Shown one piece after another: positions 36,085 through 49,485 of a DNA stretch of 64,000 bases. The stretch covers positions 243,598,001 to 243,662,000 of the forward strand of contig OZ024743.1 of assembly GCA_964016885.1 (NCBI GenBank). The letters run 5' to 3'. Origin of the DNA: Eledone cirrhosa (taxonomy: Eukaryota). The translations under genes were made by a program, and so were the position numbers. Below the pieces are notes generated by a model. The model did not search any database. It was not told the DNA's origin and worked only from the letters and a program-made list of their open reading frames with translations. Position 1 is the first letter of the stretch; each line of letters opens with the position of its first letter.

Positions 36085-37100
36085 AGAAGAAGGGACCTTG
36101 TCAAAAGCTTTCTCCAGATTTACAAATGCCTGGTTTAGAGGCTTGCTCTTCGCTAAGTATTTCTGGTATTTCTGCAGTTGTTTCACCAGAAAGAGGACAT
36201 GAAGCCAAACTGCATCTCATCTAATTTAACTCTGACAATCAACTTGATGTCTCTGTAGTTATCTCTCTCTAGTATGTTTCCCTAGCTCTTGCAGCAGTTT
36301 ACATTGATACAGCTGCTTCAGTCATTGGGTACGACAACATCTTGTATACTACCTGATTAACTACATGCCTAACTAGCTCATAATTTACTGTGTCAAATGT
36401 TTTTAATATCTCAGCAACTACACTCGATGGTCCACCTGCCTTCTCTACCTGTATATCCTTAATTGCTTTGTCTATCACATTGCTGTCAACCTTTATGGCT
36501 GGTCCCTCAGTTGGGTCTACATGGAGTAGGCCCTCATTCTCTTCATTCAGCAGTTTCTCGTAGTAGGAGTTCCATGCCTCTTTTTTCTCTGTATTAGACA
36601 AGGCAAATGCTCCACTATCATTTTGGAGACACATTTCCCTAAATATGTTTCAGTTTTCTCTAGAACACTTGCAACCCGGGATATTTCATGGTGCTGAACC
36701 TCATGACATAGAACATGTGCAAACTTCATTTCTGTCACCTAGCCTCTCACTTTGCTATTAGGTATTGCTTTCTGGTTCCTCCTTTCTTCCAGTCTCTCTC
36801 GGCTTGCATTTTTTTTGTTTTTATGGCGCTATCTACCCTACTATGTCACCCTCAGTCTAGCTAGTACCCTACCCCAGCTTCAGACCTGGTCCATGGCTTT
36901 CAGCAGGTTTTCTTGCAAGAATTCCTAATTTTAGGACTTCTCCAAATCTGTTGCCAGTTGAGGATTCTTTGTTTTTATGTTCTCCTCCAAACTAGCTTTA
37001 GCCTCACAGTCCATCTAGCTCTTACTCTAAGGTCATTGACAACTAATCTATGTTGGGAGGTACATTCTTCCCCAGGTAAGGACTTGGTATTTACAACCAT
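36085..37100 (-). mobile_element. Degenerate RTE fragment (APE end to RT start)
   Basis: PGEECTSQHRLVV, KKEAWNSYYEKLLNEEN, VDPTEGPAI, AFVNLEKAFDKVP. Confidence 0.9.
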
Positions 37101-37363
37101 TTTACACCACAAAATTGGCAGGAGTGCATCCCTCCTGAGGAAAATGCCCCATGAGGTGGATTGGCTAATCCAGTGGGTGTTACTGGCTGAACTCTGCAAC
37201 AGTGCTTTTACCATCATGTCTGCAGGGCATAGCTGAGATATACCACCTAAACAGGGCTGTAGGGTCTGTCCCACTCCCCTCTTTTTTCCATTATTTAATT
37301 TCTTTCTCTCTTGTTATTATACAAATTATTTATGTAAATAAAATTTAACAATGGACAACTCAC

Positions 37364-37417
37364 CACTGATTCTTTATATACTTGCTGGATGTCAGGATCA
37401 GTACTTAGCCAGAGTGC
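37364..37417 (-). CDS. Putative exon ALWLSTDPDIQQVYKESV (54 nt)
   Basis: ttatattttgtcag acceptor, GTG|gtgagt donor, phase 0/0. Confidence 0.65.
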
Positions 37418-38596
37418 CTGACAAAATATAAGTTATTTTCCTTAATTAATTATCTGTTTAATGACCCTATTTCACCGTCTCATTCATTTCATAAATTATA
37501 AAAAATAATGAAGAATTAGGAAAGATTTAGTTAAATAATTGACATTTTTATTTTTAATCTAGCATTTAGAACATAACAAAAATGTCATCATTACCACATG
37601 ATTTCGTAGGAAGGAAACAGTTCTAGTTTTGTAGAAGTCATTTCTCTCTCTCACACACTATATATATATAATGCGTCGACCCAACAAACCTATACAAGTA
37701 TGGAAAATAGATGTTAATCTACCCTATAAGTTGGTCATGCTGGTGCAGCAACATAAGTCCCCAGCCTAACTTGTAAAGAAGTCATACTGGTTCTATGACA
37801 AAATGCACCAAGCTCACCCTGTAAAGTGGTCATACAGGTACCATGAGGAAAAGCACCTAGTAAGGTGGTCGCTCTGGGGCCATGACAAAAAAGCACCCAG
37901 TAAGGTGGTTGTGCTGAGCTATAACAGAAAAACACCATTAATCCTGCGAGGTGGTTGTGTTGGTGACATGACAGAAATGCACCAAGTTAACATTTTAAGG
38001 TAGTCCCGTTGATGACATAACAAAAAGTACCCAGTTAGCCATGTTAGGTGTTTGGCGTTAGCGAAGGGATCCAGCCATAGAAAACCAATACAAAAATAAA
38101 TCATATGAGTAAGATGTGGTCACCTGACCTATCTGGCCTCATAACATGACAGCTTGTCCAATCCATGCAAGCATAGAAAATAGACATTAAAAGGTGATGA
38201 TAATATATATAACCATATGGTGTAATGGTAGTGCACCTGTCTGGTGTGAGTTTGATTCCTACAGGCAATACTGTCCACTTTTCCATCCCTAGTGGCTTAT
38301 ATGCCTAACTATTTTCAAGGTAAGAAAAAAAAAGACCTCTGTTGAAAAACCACTTTATGCTAACATATTTTTAATATATATATAACTTTCATCCTTAAAA
38401 AGTTGATAAAATGATGTATCAGTCAAGTATTGGAGTTGATTTAATCAACTTTGCCCTTCTCCCAAATTTGCTGGCTTTGTGCCTAAATTAGAAATCAATA
38501 TATTCAGTAGGACTGAGCTACTGAATGCTCATGGTCAAAGCTGACGAAGGATCATTCACCATAGTAGAGCTAGACAGGCAAGATGGATGTAAACTA

Positions 38597-39575
38597 CAGT
38601 GATACCTCAGAGTTCAAGTTTAATTCGTTCCATGACCGAGTTCATTTTACGATTTACTTGTTTTATAAATCAATTTTCCCCATTGAAATAAATTAAAATA
38701 TAAATAATCCATTCCAGTCCCACAAACTACTAAAAATCTTGTTTTTTGGGTTTTAAAACAGAAAAAGTGCAGTTACAAAAGTGCAGTTTAAAACAGAAAA
38801 ATGACAATTACAAAAATATAATAAAAGAGAATACAAAAGAAATGTGTAAACTAGTTTTATTAATTTAATTACCTTAAAGATGGGACGATTTGTGTGCGAG
38901 GAAGAAGATGGAGGTGGAGGAGAAGGGTTATTGTTTGGAAAGGAGAATTTCCTTCTATTAAGACTCCAGGAAGAACAATTTCTGGCGTTTTCTCTCTCAC
39001 CTCGCTTAATTTAAACTTTTTGAACACGCTTTCTTCACTCCCCCCACTTGCAGGTCGTTTCATTAGAAACATATCAAGAGAAGTCTGCTTTTTCCTGCTT
39101 TCCAAAATATTATGAAAATGCACCAGAGCAGCCCCATTAGATAAAGCAGCTGCGTGACCTGTAGATACTTTTTCAAGGTGATTTTTTCTACAAATTCACA
39201 AAGATCCTGCCACTTTGCCAACACTGCCTTTATGTCACTCGTAGAGATAGCCGTCTCCGCTAAAATGTCCTCTTCCGAGGAACCAATTTCTTCCACTAAT
39301 TATTATAAAATAATAGCAAAAAGCGCACAAAACTAAAAAAAAACACTGGGCAAAACATATTAGGGATGCTTCCATGAGATAAACACGTGAACTGAGCGAG
39401 TGGAAGCTGTGCCTGCTGGGACAGCGTATGTGAGCTCAACGCCGACTAGTAGTCACTTGTATGAAACTCATATTGCGGATTTCCACTCATACTACAAGAC
39501 AAGAATTCGCACAAACCTCGGCTCATACAGAAAATGACTCGTACAATGGATCACACGTACTGTGAGGTTCTAATG
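38597..39575 (-). mobile_element. Internally deleted Tigger/pogo-like DNA transposon
   Basis: Imperfect TIRs cagtgatacctc / gaggttctaatg flanked by TA; remnant transposase C-terminus IKAVLAKWQDLCEFVEK...HFHNILESRKKQTSLDMFL. Confidence 0.8.
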
Positions 39576-39624
39576 TATTTAAAATAACACTTTGATAACA
39601 TTTAAGATAAAGAATGTATATTAC

Positions 39625-39717
39625 TGTATCAATGGACTGTAGAATGTGCACAGGGACCATGGTGATGACTTTCTTCACAAAACTCCCAACATCCAGGACA
39701 TCTTGTATGGTAAGACA
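39625..39717 (-). CDS. Putative exon CLTIQDVLDVGSFVKKVITMVPVHILQSIDT (93 nt)
   Basis: atttttattttctgcag acceptor, ACA|gtaata donor, phase 0/0. Confidence 0.6.
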
Positions 39718-39789
39718 CTGCAGAAAATAAAAATATTTTTACTATCAATGCAAGTATCACAAACATACATATATATATATATATATACA

Positions 39790-40240
39790 CACTAGCTTCA
39801 AAGTGTCATATCTCCTTATTTCTCCATATTTCTATACTATGTCACTGAAGCTCCCCAGTTCCATAGTGTGCCACCTGAGCTCTGCAGTATTATAGTGCGG
39901 CACCCTAGCTTCGAAGTGCCATATTTTGTCATTCTATTTTCCCAGTGCCATACTACTTCACCCTAGCCACACAGTTCCATAGTGTGCAACCTTAGACCCG
40001 CAGTTCCATACTACGGCACCCTAGCTTCAAAGTGCAGTATTTTGTCAGCCTATTTCCCCATTGCCGACTACGACATCCTAGTTCCAAATTTCCATACTGT
40101 GTCACTCAAGCTTCCCAGTATTATAGTGTGTCACCCTAGCCCCGTGGTGCCATATCTTCAAAGTGCTTTATTTTACCACCCTATTTCCCTATTGCAATAT
40201 TTTACCATCCTATGTTCCCAGTGCCATACTGTCCCATAAC
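39790..40240. repeat. Degenerate tandem repeat (caccctagc / ccagtgccata motifs)
   Basis: Recurrent motif at roughly 20-45 bp spacing. Confidence 0.6.
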
Positions 40241-41744
40241 AGAATCTTAAGACGATGATGATGATGTGGATGATGATGATGATGATGATGATGAGCATAG
40301 TTTTTTACACCCTCCCTATTCCTCCCTTTTACACACTCATACATATAAATACTCACACAGAGCTTTGTGGAAACAACACATCACCCGGTCTGAGAATTGA
40401 ACTCACAACCTTTCGATTGCAAGGCCAAAGCTCCAACCACTAAGCCACGTGCCTCCATCATTTAAATATATTTTTCCATATAGGTTTGACAAGTTGTCAG
40501 AGACCAAGTCAGATACCATCCTCTCGGTGTAAATATGAAAAAAAGGTTTACATATCTGGAATGGACCATTGTCAGTTTCGACAATGAGTGTTTCAGTTAT
40601 TTGTTCAATGGAACAGCCTGCTTATGAAATTAACATGTAAGTGGCTGAGCATTCCTGAGACACATGTACACTTGACAATTCTCATGGAGATTCAGCATGA
40701 CACAGTGTATGAAAAGCTGGCTCTTTGAATTACAGGTACAGTCCATTCATGAGGCTTCCAAACAGTTTGTCTACCCAATTTCACTCACAAGGCATGGGTT
40801 GACCCAAGTCTATCGTAAATGACACTTGCTCAGGATGCCATAGGGTTGGATCAGTCCCAGAACCTAATGATTGGGAAGGGAACTTCTTAACAATTTGGCC
40901 ACGCTACATCAAAAGATAAAGTTAATAGCCCCACCAAAATATAATCGTATTAACAACACCTTATCTCAGATATTTTAAGTCCACAAATAGTCAGTTTTTA
41001 GAGCATTGGTATTAAATGCCTTATGGCATTTGTTCAAATCCCACCAAGGTCAATTTTGCCTTCCATTCTTTGAAGGTTGAGAACTGAAGTACAGGGCAGA
41101 ATTGTTATAGCCTTGGAAAGGAAGTCTTGCACTATCTGTTTTGGATTCAAATTCTACATCCGGTTACTGGAGAAATGATATGTCACATCATAAGAGGCTG
41201 GCTAAACCTATGAAAGTGTGAACCATAACAATAACACACCCCAGATAATATGATTTCTATTTGAGGCACAAGGCCAGCAATTCGGGGGGGGGGGGTGTCA
41301 ATTAAATCGACTCCAGTGTATTACTGGCACTTTATTTTATCGACTCTGTAAGGATGAAAGGCAAAGCTAACCTCGGTGGGATTTGAACTCAGAACGTAAA
41401 GAGCCATAACTCTATGCTGCAAAGCATAGTGTCTGACGCTCTTCTGATACTGCTAATCCACTGCCCTACCTTAGATAATAATAACTTTCCTCAATAACTG
41501 CATGTATCCAGTTTAGAATAGGTACACCATATCTTTGTGTGTCATAAGGCCACTCAGCTGTAAAACACTGCCTCAAAAAGTCCTCTCCAATCTATGCAAA
41601 CATGGAAAATCATTATGATCATGATCATTTAACGCCCACTTTCTATAGTGGTACATGTTGGGTGAGCTGTCACGGTCAGTGACTAGATGAGTTAGACATT
41701 TTATATGTTAAAGATATTAAAATATTCCATAAAATATGACCAAC

Positions 41745-41916
41745 CTTCTTGACATGGCTGCAGTTTTTTCTCAAAGATGGAACTGTTTCATCCAAATGAC
41801 ATTGCTTATTAAAAACTTCTAACAACTTCAAGTGTAACTGTAACAGTATACTCAGATTTGTTTGATCACACAAGACAGAAATAATAATGTTGTCTAGTGA
41901 TACTGACATTACTATC
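41745..41916 (-). CDS. Putative exon IVMSVSLDNIIISVLCDQTNLSILLQLHLKLLEVFNKQCHLDETVPSLRKNCSHVKK (172 nt)
   Basis: atttattatttcag acceptor, AAG|gttggt donor; overlaps ORF 41676-41909; unique protein-like sequence. Confidence 0.65.
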
Positions 41917-42289
41917 CTGAAATAATAAATATATGTGTCACTAAAGACATGACTGCATTTTAACTTTTTTTTTATAAGAACAAAATTCCTAAATCTAAAA
42001 TCTAATCAATGTTTTCAGACTTTCACATCATCAGGATGTAGAATGTTGTTGGCTTATTTGTACTGCCTCTTTTATTGTAGACAGATGTACTTTATGAAAT
42101 TCTTTCTTTACCAGCAGTGTATTGGCTTCATTACCAGAATTTGAAACTTAACATTTGATCATTAGACTTAGATGCCATCAGTCACATGCTTATGTTGTGT
42201 GTATGTTGTCACTGAGTTTAGCATTGTATTGTAGTTTGTGTGTTTATCTTATCATAGCATTGTGATATAAGTATTGCTTTCATAGTTAA

Positions 42290-42497
42290 CCCTTTAGTAT
42301 TTATATTACTCTATATTTACTACTATATTTTCACGGTAAACATTTGATCTCACATAATCTCGAATCTATAAGATTTTGATATTATTTATTTTGAGAACAA
42401 TACCTCAACATAAGTATGAGCAGCCGGTTATGGCTGGTTTGAATGGAAAGAGGTGAGAGAATTCTGGTCGGATATAGCCGGTTAAAATGCTAAAGGG
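42290..42497. mobile_element. piggyBac-like MITE (second copy in opposite orientation at 60736-60914)
   Basis: TTAA|CCCTTTAGtatt ... aatgCTAAAGGG|TTAA. Confidence 0.85.
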
Positions 42498-42858
42498 TTA
42501 AATATCTGTTTTTGTTAGGAAATTCTGTATAATGTGAATATATAGTCCATTATTATTTTCCTATTCAGCTTTGTATAGTGTGTTGCATTTGCTCCTTGTT
42601 GTAACTGCATGGTGAATCTTTGAGTGTTGTACTCTTACAGCCAATGTAGCAATTGGTTTCATAAAGTTTACAACTTTCATTTTTGCAACTGAATATATAA
42701 ATCACATTGGTTACATGGGTAAACAAATATAATAATAAAGCATTGTTTATAATTTGAATTTAGTGCTTCACCATTCCAGAGAATTATCGAATTATAAATT
42801 TAGTTGTTATTAAAAAAAAAGGTATAAATTGCATAACAAAAACATCTGATATACTCAC

Positions 42859-42860
42859 AG
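42859..42860 (-). CDS. Candidate 2-nt microexon (CT)
   Basis: ctgac branch point, attcttcttttcag|CT|gtgagt; restores frame between flanking exons. Confidence 0.45.
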
Positions 42861-43231
42861 CTGAAAAGAAGAATATATTGGTCAGACTGGTAACTCTTTG
42901 TGTGAACAATATACATGCATCATCATTACCATTTAACATACATATACAAATATATATACATGGACATGTAGTTAGAATGTCTCAAGAAAGAATCACTGGA
43001 CAAAAGCAACTTACAGGAGACCTAGGGATAGACTTTGAGCAAGATAGTTAGATAACATCCATGAGCTTGGCTGGTCTCGCTTGGGGATACATCCGGATCA
43101 GTTGGAGACGGTTGCTTCTGACAGGACCCGGTGGAAGGAGTGTTTGAGGACTGTTTGAGGACTCTGCCCCATTGACACTCTTAGAAATAAGTGGGTGAGG
43201 AAGAATAACTACAGTTTAATCTCAGCATCAA

Positions 43232-43420
43232 TCATCATCATCATTTTACGTCTGCTTTTCCCTGCTTACAAGGGTTGGACAGGTCCTATTCAGCACAGCA
43301 TCTCTCCACTTGTGACGGTCCTTCGTCATCTCCTCGGTGAGTTTCAGTGATCTGAGGTCTGTTCTCACCACCTCCGCCCATATTTTACGTGGTCTACCTC
43401 TTCCCTTCTTCTTCTCCCTC
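43232..43420 (-). mobile_element. RTE 3' terminal fragment
   Basis: GRGRPRKIWAEVVRTDLRSLKLT...REKQT and (ATG)n tail. Confidence 0.9.
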
Positions 43421-43704
43421 AGAATCTCAATCCAAATGTATATATCATAGTTCCATGTTTGCATAGAATAGCAACATTTTCGGATTTTGTGTTTGGTGAG
43501 AGGAGCAGTTAATAGTTGATAGATTTTACTATGATGAATGATTTGTAGAATGTTGAGTGCTTTAACTTATTACATCATGATTTGCTAACTGGAATAACCA
43601 GATCTACCCATTAGAAAACAATATAACATAAATGGTGTGTGTATATACATATATAAATATGTCTATATATTTGTGTGAATGTGTTTGTATCTATTTAGCT
43701 TTGT

Positions 43705-44005
43705 AAATAATAATGAAATTATTGTGTACAGTGCTCAGGTGCACTACAACTCATCAAAGGTGCATGTATAGTACATAGAATAATGTACAAATGTCAGGAA
43801 AATGAACAGTGTACGAGTCATGATATAATAACAATAACAATAATGAAATATTGTGTACAGTGCCCAGGTGCACCACAACTCATCAAAAAAGTGCATGTAC
43901 AGTACATAGGGCAATGCACAAACATCAGTAAAATGAACAGTGCACGAGTCATGATACACACATGTGTGCATGTGCATGGAAGGGGTACATCAGGTGTAGT
44001 TTTGT
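43705..44005 (-). mobile_element. Two tandem CR1 3' UTR copies
   Basis: Reverse complements of 30780-30938. Confidence 0.8.
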
Positions 44006-44739
44006 GTGAGTCTGTAAAACCAGTGTATACATATATGGAAGCAAGCAAATGTGTGTAGGCCAGTGGACAGGACAAAATCTGCAATTCATCGAACTTACCG
44101 AAAAATGACAACGGAACTGAATGTCTTGGAACTGTCTGGAATTACATTCGTTAAGTCTTCAAATCTAAGTAAAGAATCATTGAGCAGAGATTGAAGTAAG
44201 AATGGAAACTGTACTAAGATAGCTCCAATTGATTTCAAGAGTGGAGTATGTTGGTAACCCTGAAAGAAGAAGAAATGGTAAACTTGAAGAGATACAATAT
44301 GGACCTAGGCATGGTTGTGTGGTTAAGAAATTTGCTTTGATTCCACTACATAGCACACTGGGAAAGTGTTTTCTACACTAACCTTGGGTTAAGTAAAGTG
44401 TTGAGAGTGGAATTTAGTAGAAGGCTGTCAGAGGGACTGTTCATATTTTTTCTAGGGTGTTAGAATTAATCCATCACTTGGCCCTTGGATGCTTTTAGCA
44501 GAGGCCATTCCCAATTGCAAAGGCACTGAAGAGCATCATGGGCACTGTCCTTCATACTCTAAGTATTAAAGCTGGAATATTTTTTTCCTATCACTTTAAT
44601 CAGAGATGGGCTAGGGTTAAATTACAACTAGATATACACCAGATAACAGATACATCATATATTACATATAGGTATGGCAGTGGTTCCCAACCTTTTCACT
44701 ATCCTTCAGATTGTATATGGTGAGAATAGCAATAAAAAT

Positions 44740-44830
44740 AAAAAAGAAACGGTTATACCTTGATAAAAATGGATACCCAAGCACTTGTGTAAATTACATT
44801 TTTAACAAAATACTTGGAATTTTTAACTTA
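44740..44830 (+). mobile_element. Possible Penelope-like relic
   Basis: LDKNGYPSTCVNYIFNK resembles the PLE L..NGYP motif. Confidence 0.35.
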
Positions 44831-45025
44831 GCTCAAGGACGAGATGGTGGCAGTGATGACAATGCTGCTGCAGTAGAAAGTGAGGAAAAGTTATTCAGTT
44901 TGAACCACACATTCATAAGTTTGAAACTTACAACAGCCTTGCTTACTCAACTTACATGGTTGGTAGGATAAACTACAGCTGTTCCATAGGTCACTGGTTT
45001 ATTACAGGCAATGTATCCAAAAGCT

Positions 45026-48000
45026 GCTGCAACTCAGCATGTATAGGAGTTACGACCCTTTGCGACGGTTGCGACTCCCAGTGGCAGATACATATAGGAG
45101 TTGCGTCCCTTTGTGACGGTTGCGACTCCCATTGGCAGATCCATGTACTAAATGGAGTTGCGTCCCCCGGGGGACTATATATTTGAGGACAATCAAGGCA
45201 TAACTCTAACTTCCTTCGTCGCAACAAGAAGAACACCTCAGACCTTGTCAAGAGATGACTCCTGTCTCACTTCCTGCACCGGCAGCCTAAAGAAACACTT
45301 GAACGTTACCAAGAGAAGTTTTCTGTTCTTCTCTACACACTCCAGTCTGGGAGTTGTGACCAACTGAACATCAACATGTGGTAACAATTATTTACGTTGT
45401 TAGGTTCTTTCCCGGAGCTCACTGATGGAAATTTTTGAGTCACTGAGCCAACACATTCAACTGAACATTTCATTTTTACCACCGGTGCTCCAGTGTTTTC
45501 GCGTCCACAGTGCTTACCGGAGGACAAATTAAAGGCAGTACGGTCCGAGTTCGACCATATGCTGCAGTTGGGCATTATTCGCCCATCTACGACTCCTTGG
45601 GCTTCACCATTACACATGGTGCCCAAGACTTCCGGCGACTGGAGACCCACTGGGATTATAGGAGGTTAAATGCTATGACCGTCCCGGATAGGTATCCCAT
45701 TCCCCATCTCCAAGATTTCGCATCTTCATTGCAGGGGTGTAAGATTTTTTCAAAACTAGATTTAGTGCGAGCTTACCACCAAATTGCGGTCAGGAAGGAG
45801 GATATTCCGAAAACGGCGATAACAACTCCTTTCGGATCCTTCGAATTTGTGACCATGCCTTTCGGACTCAGGAACACCGCTAGCACTTTTCAGCGGTTCA
45901 TAGACGAAGTCACTCGTGATCTGGACTTCGTTTATGCTTACATAGACGATATTCTCGTCGCTAGTTCCTCTCCGGAAGAGCATATGCGCCACATGCATCT
46001 CTTATTTCGGCGACTTCAGGATTACCGCGTTCGTGTGAATCCCGCAAAGTGTGTTTTCGGTTCTACTTCGCTAAATTTTTTGGGCCACCTCATCAACGCC
46101 GAAGGTATTAGGCCGCTCCCACAGCAAGTTCAAGCCATACAGGATTTACCTCCACCTACTACACTTCACCAGTTGCATCACTTCTTAGGCCTAATCAATT
46201 TCTATAGGCGTTTCGTTCCTCATTGTGCTAATTTGCTATCTTCCCTTACTGACATTTTGAAAAATCGTCGTAAGAAGAATGAAGATATTTCCTTGACACA
46301 AGGACAGCTTCAAGGCTTCCAGACTGCCAAGACAGCACTCGCTAGTTCATCTTTGCTAGCCCACGCGGTACCAGAGGCCAAGCTTTCGCTTTGTGTTGAT
46401 GCATCTGATACCGCTGTGGAAGCAGTTTTACAGCAGTACAACGCTGGAAACCAACAACCTTTGGCATTTTTCTCAAGGAAGCTGAAACCAGCAGAAACGT
46501 GTTACAGCATGTTTGGGCGGGAATTATTAGTCATATATCTGTCGATGAAACATTTCTCTCATATTCTTGAGGGGAGAAATTTTACTGTTTTAACCGACCA
46601 CAAGCCTCTGACCTTTGCTTTGAGGGTTAAAGCCGACAGATATACGTCCAGAGAGACAAGGCACCGGGATTACGTTTCGCAATTTACAAATGATAAGCAG
46701 CACATTGCTGGCTCGCATAACATAGCTGCAGACACATTGTCACGTTTGCCAATCAGCTCCATCTCGTCATCCCAGGAGATCGACTTAGGTCGTTTAGCTG
46801 CAAACCAACCTGCACTCCAATCGTTGGATACTCTTTCTGCCGAATTTGTTACTTGCGTCTTCAAATATCTGCCCTTGTCGACCACCGACAGGCAGATTCT
46901 ATGTGATGTATCTACGATTCACCACGACCTTATATTCCTGAGACTCACCGTCGAATTGTGTTCCTTGCTTTGCACAGCATTTCTCATCCAGGAATTTCTG
47001 CCACAGTAAAGCTTATAACGGCTAGATTTTTCTGGCCCAATATGAGGCAAGAAATTACTGTCTGGTGCCGTTCCTGCACACAGTGTCAGAGATCTAAAAT
47101 CAACAGACACATCCAGACTCCACTTGGTACTTTCAGTATTCCAGATGCTCGGTTTCAACACATCCACTTTTGATATCGTTGTACCTTGGCCATTCAGCAG
47201 TGGATATTCGTACCTCTTGACCTGTATCTATCGTTTTTCGCGATGGCCTGAAGCCGTCCCCTTACAAGATATTACTGCTGAGACTGTAGCGCGTACCCTG
47301 GTATCAGGGTGGATTACCCACTTTGGGGTACCAACTACAGTCACCACAGACCGTGGTAGACAATTTGAGTCTCATCTTTTCTTTGAGCTCACAAAGATCA
47401 TTGGCGCTCAACGGATTCGGACCACAGCCTATCATCCTGCTTCAAACGGAATGGTGGAACGATTCCACCTCCAATTAAAGGCTGCTCTTCGCACCTATCC
47501 AGACTCTCAACGTTGGAGCAAGTACCTTCTTATTGTGTTGTTAGGAATTCGGTCATCAATAAAGGAGGACCTTGAGTTCTCCCCAGCCGAATTACTAGCG
47601 TTGCCTGGGCAAATGCTTGCCCCTGTTGATCTTGCTTTCCAGGACCCTGTTTCCTACGTATCTCATTTGCACTCCTATTTTCAGGACTTACCGCCCATAA
47701 ATACTAGGAAACAAACTATTAAAGCTGCAGTCCCAAGGGATATTGCATCGTGGACACATGTATTCATCAGAAACCATGCGGTTACTCCACCACTCACACA
47801 ACCGTACTCTGGACCCTACCGTGTGTTAGCACGTACTGACAAACATTTCACTGTAGACATTAAGGGGTCCAGAGAGACAATTTTGGTGGATAGACTAAAA
47901 AGACTAATACACCCGAGCCACAAATACCCCAATCTTTCTCTCTTGTGCATACACCTGCTTCTTCTGCCCCACCTTCACCTACATACAAGACCACGACCCG

Positions 48001-48606
48001 TTCCGGTCGAAGAGTCCACTGGCCCCAAAAACTCTGCCAAACTGTTTTCATGTGAACTGGCCACTGGAGCCTTTTTTGTTATTCTCTTTATTGATTTATA
48101 CATGTACCTTTTCGTTACCATTTCATGCCTGTACCTTTGAGTTAATATTTCATGCCTGTGCTGGGAGCCCATGCTTGTGGGTTCGCTACAGTTACCTTTG
48201 GGCTTTTCGCCTAGCGTCTGGAGGAGGGTACTGTAGCGGCTCCTTACGGCTGTAACTCAGCACGTATAGGAGTTGCGTCCCTTTGCGAGGGTCGCAACTC
48301 CCAGTGGCAGATACGTATAGGAATTGCGTCCCTCTGTGATGGTCGCGATTCCCAGTGGCAGATCCATGTACTAAATGGAGTTGCATCCCCCTGGGGACTA
48401 TATATTTGAGGACAATCAAGGCATAACTCTCACTTCCTTCGCCGCAACAAGAACACCTCAGACCTTGTCAAGAGATGACAACTGTCTCATTTCCTGCGCT
48501 GGCAGCCTAAAGAAACACTTGAACCTTACCAAGAGAAGTTTTCTGTTCTTCTCTACACACTCCAGTCTGGGAGTTGTGACCAACTGAACATCAACATGTG
48601 GTAACA
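45026..48606 (+). mobile_element. Ty3/Gypsy LTR retrotransposon (CsRn1/Kabuki-like), gag and protease missing, pol frameshifted
   Basis: Direct repeats 45026-45386 and 48232-48606; PPT ggaggagggtac 48220-48231; RT ([26 protein letters not shown]), RNase H (DASD, TDHKPL), integrase ([24 protein letters not shown]). Confidence 0.95.
45390..47900 (+). pseudogene. pol: Gypsy pol (RT-RNaseH-IN), disrupted
   Basis: ORFs 45510-47009, 46958-47173 and 47124-48140 joined by frameshifts and a stop. Confidence 0.9.
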
Positions 48607-49006
48607 ATTATTTATATTAATTTATTTGACTTCTGTGAAGTAAAACCATGTCACAACACTCACCTGCATTCATTGTCATTCTTGATAATATATATATACT
48701 GATACTAATATCCTAAACTGGAAACACCGTCCAAATTTACAACTACACCATTAGACAAACTATCACAAACTATACTTTTCTAAGACATTACATAGGAAAC
48801 AGTTGGGGCAAGGGAATAAAATGTAGTATAGTTGGCATGAAGGAAAAGAATTTATATTTTAATCACTGAATCAGGAGCCTAAATGACAGTGAATTCAGTT
48901 TTGTTAGAATGTTGGATAGAATGCTTTGCTGTGTTTGTTCTGGCTCTCTGTGCCCTGAGTTCAATTCCGGCCAAGGTAAAATTGATGATTGCAAGTGATG
49001 CACCTT

Positions 49007-49037
<31 letters not shown>

Positions 49038-49262
49038 TTCTAGGGCGGGTAAAATTCCTGAGATCCATGGACGAGTGAAGGAGGCAGAGGATTTGATGCA
49101 GGAGGTTGAGACTGTGTCAATGAGTGTGGGGCTGAGAATGAATGAGACTAAAACTAAATATCTGGTAGAGTATGTTGAGAAGCCAGAAGGGATCACTAAT
49201 GTAGGTGGGAAGCCGCTAGAATTAGTTGAGGACTTCCTGTATTTGGGAGCAAAGATTGGGAA
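49038..49262 (+). mobile_element. Short non-LTR RT fragment flanked on both sides by (TA)n
   Basis: AEDLMQEVETVSMSVGLRMNETKTKYL...LELVEDFLYLGAKI (RT motifs 6-7). Confidence 0.8.
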
Positions 49263-49485
49263 TATATATATATATATATACAAGTAACTTAGAGAACAAA
49301 ATCTGAATGTGGTAAAATTAAGCGCTAATTGACAGATAAACAAACAGACTCACTTACAGATAAACATGTCTACAGTTACATCTGTAGGATGATGATGATG
49401 ATGATACTCAGACTACAGACAAATACATGACTGCTTTCAAACTACATTCTTATTACAAGGTTTAAATGGAATATACAATACTTAC

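Noticed and set aside
48664-48717. Possible minus-strand exon with CAG|gtgagt donor
   Set aside because: Ambiguous acceptor, contains a TA repeat, and either stops or breaks phase; could be a minor cryptic exon
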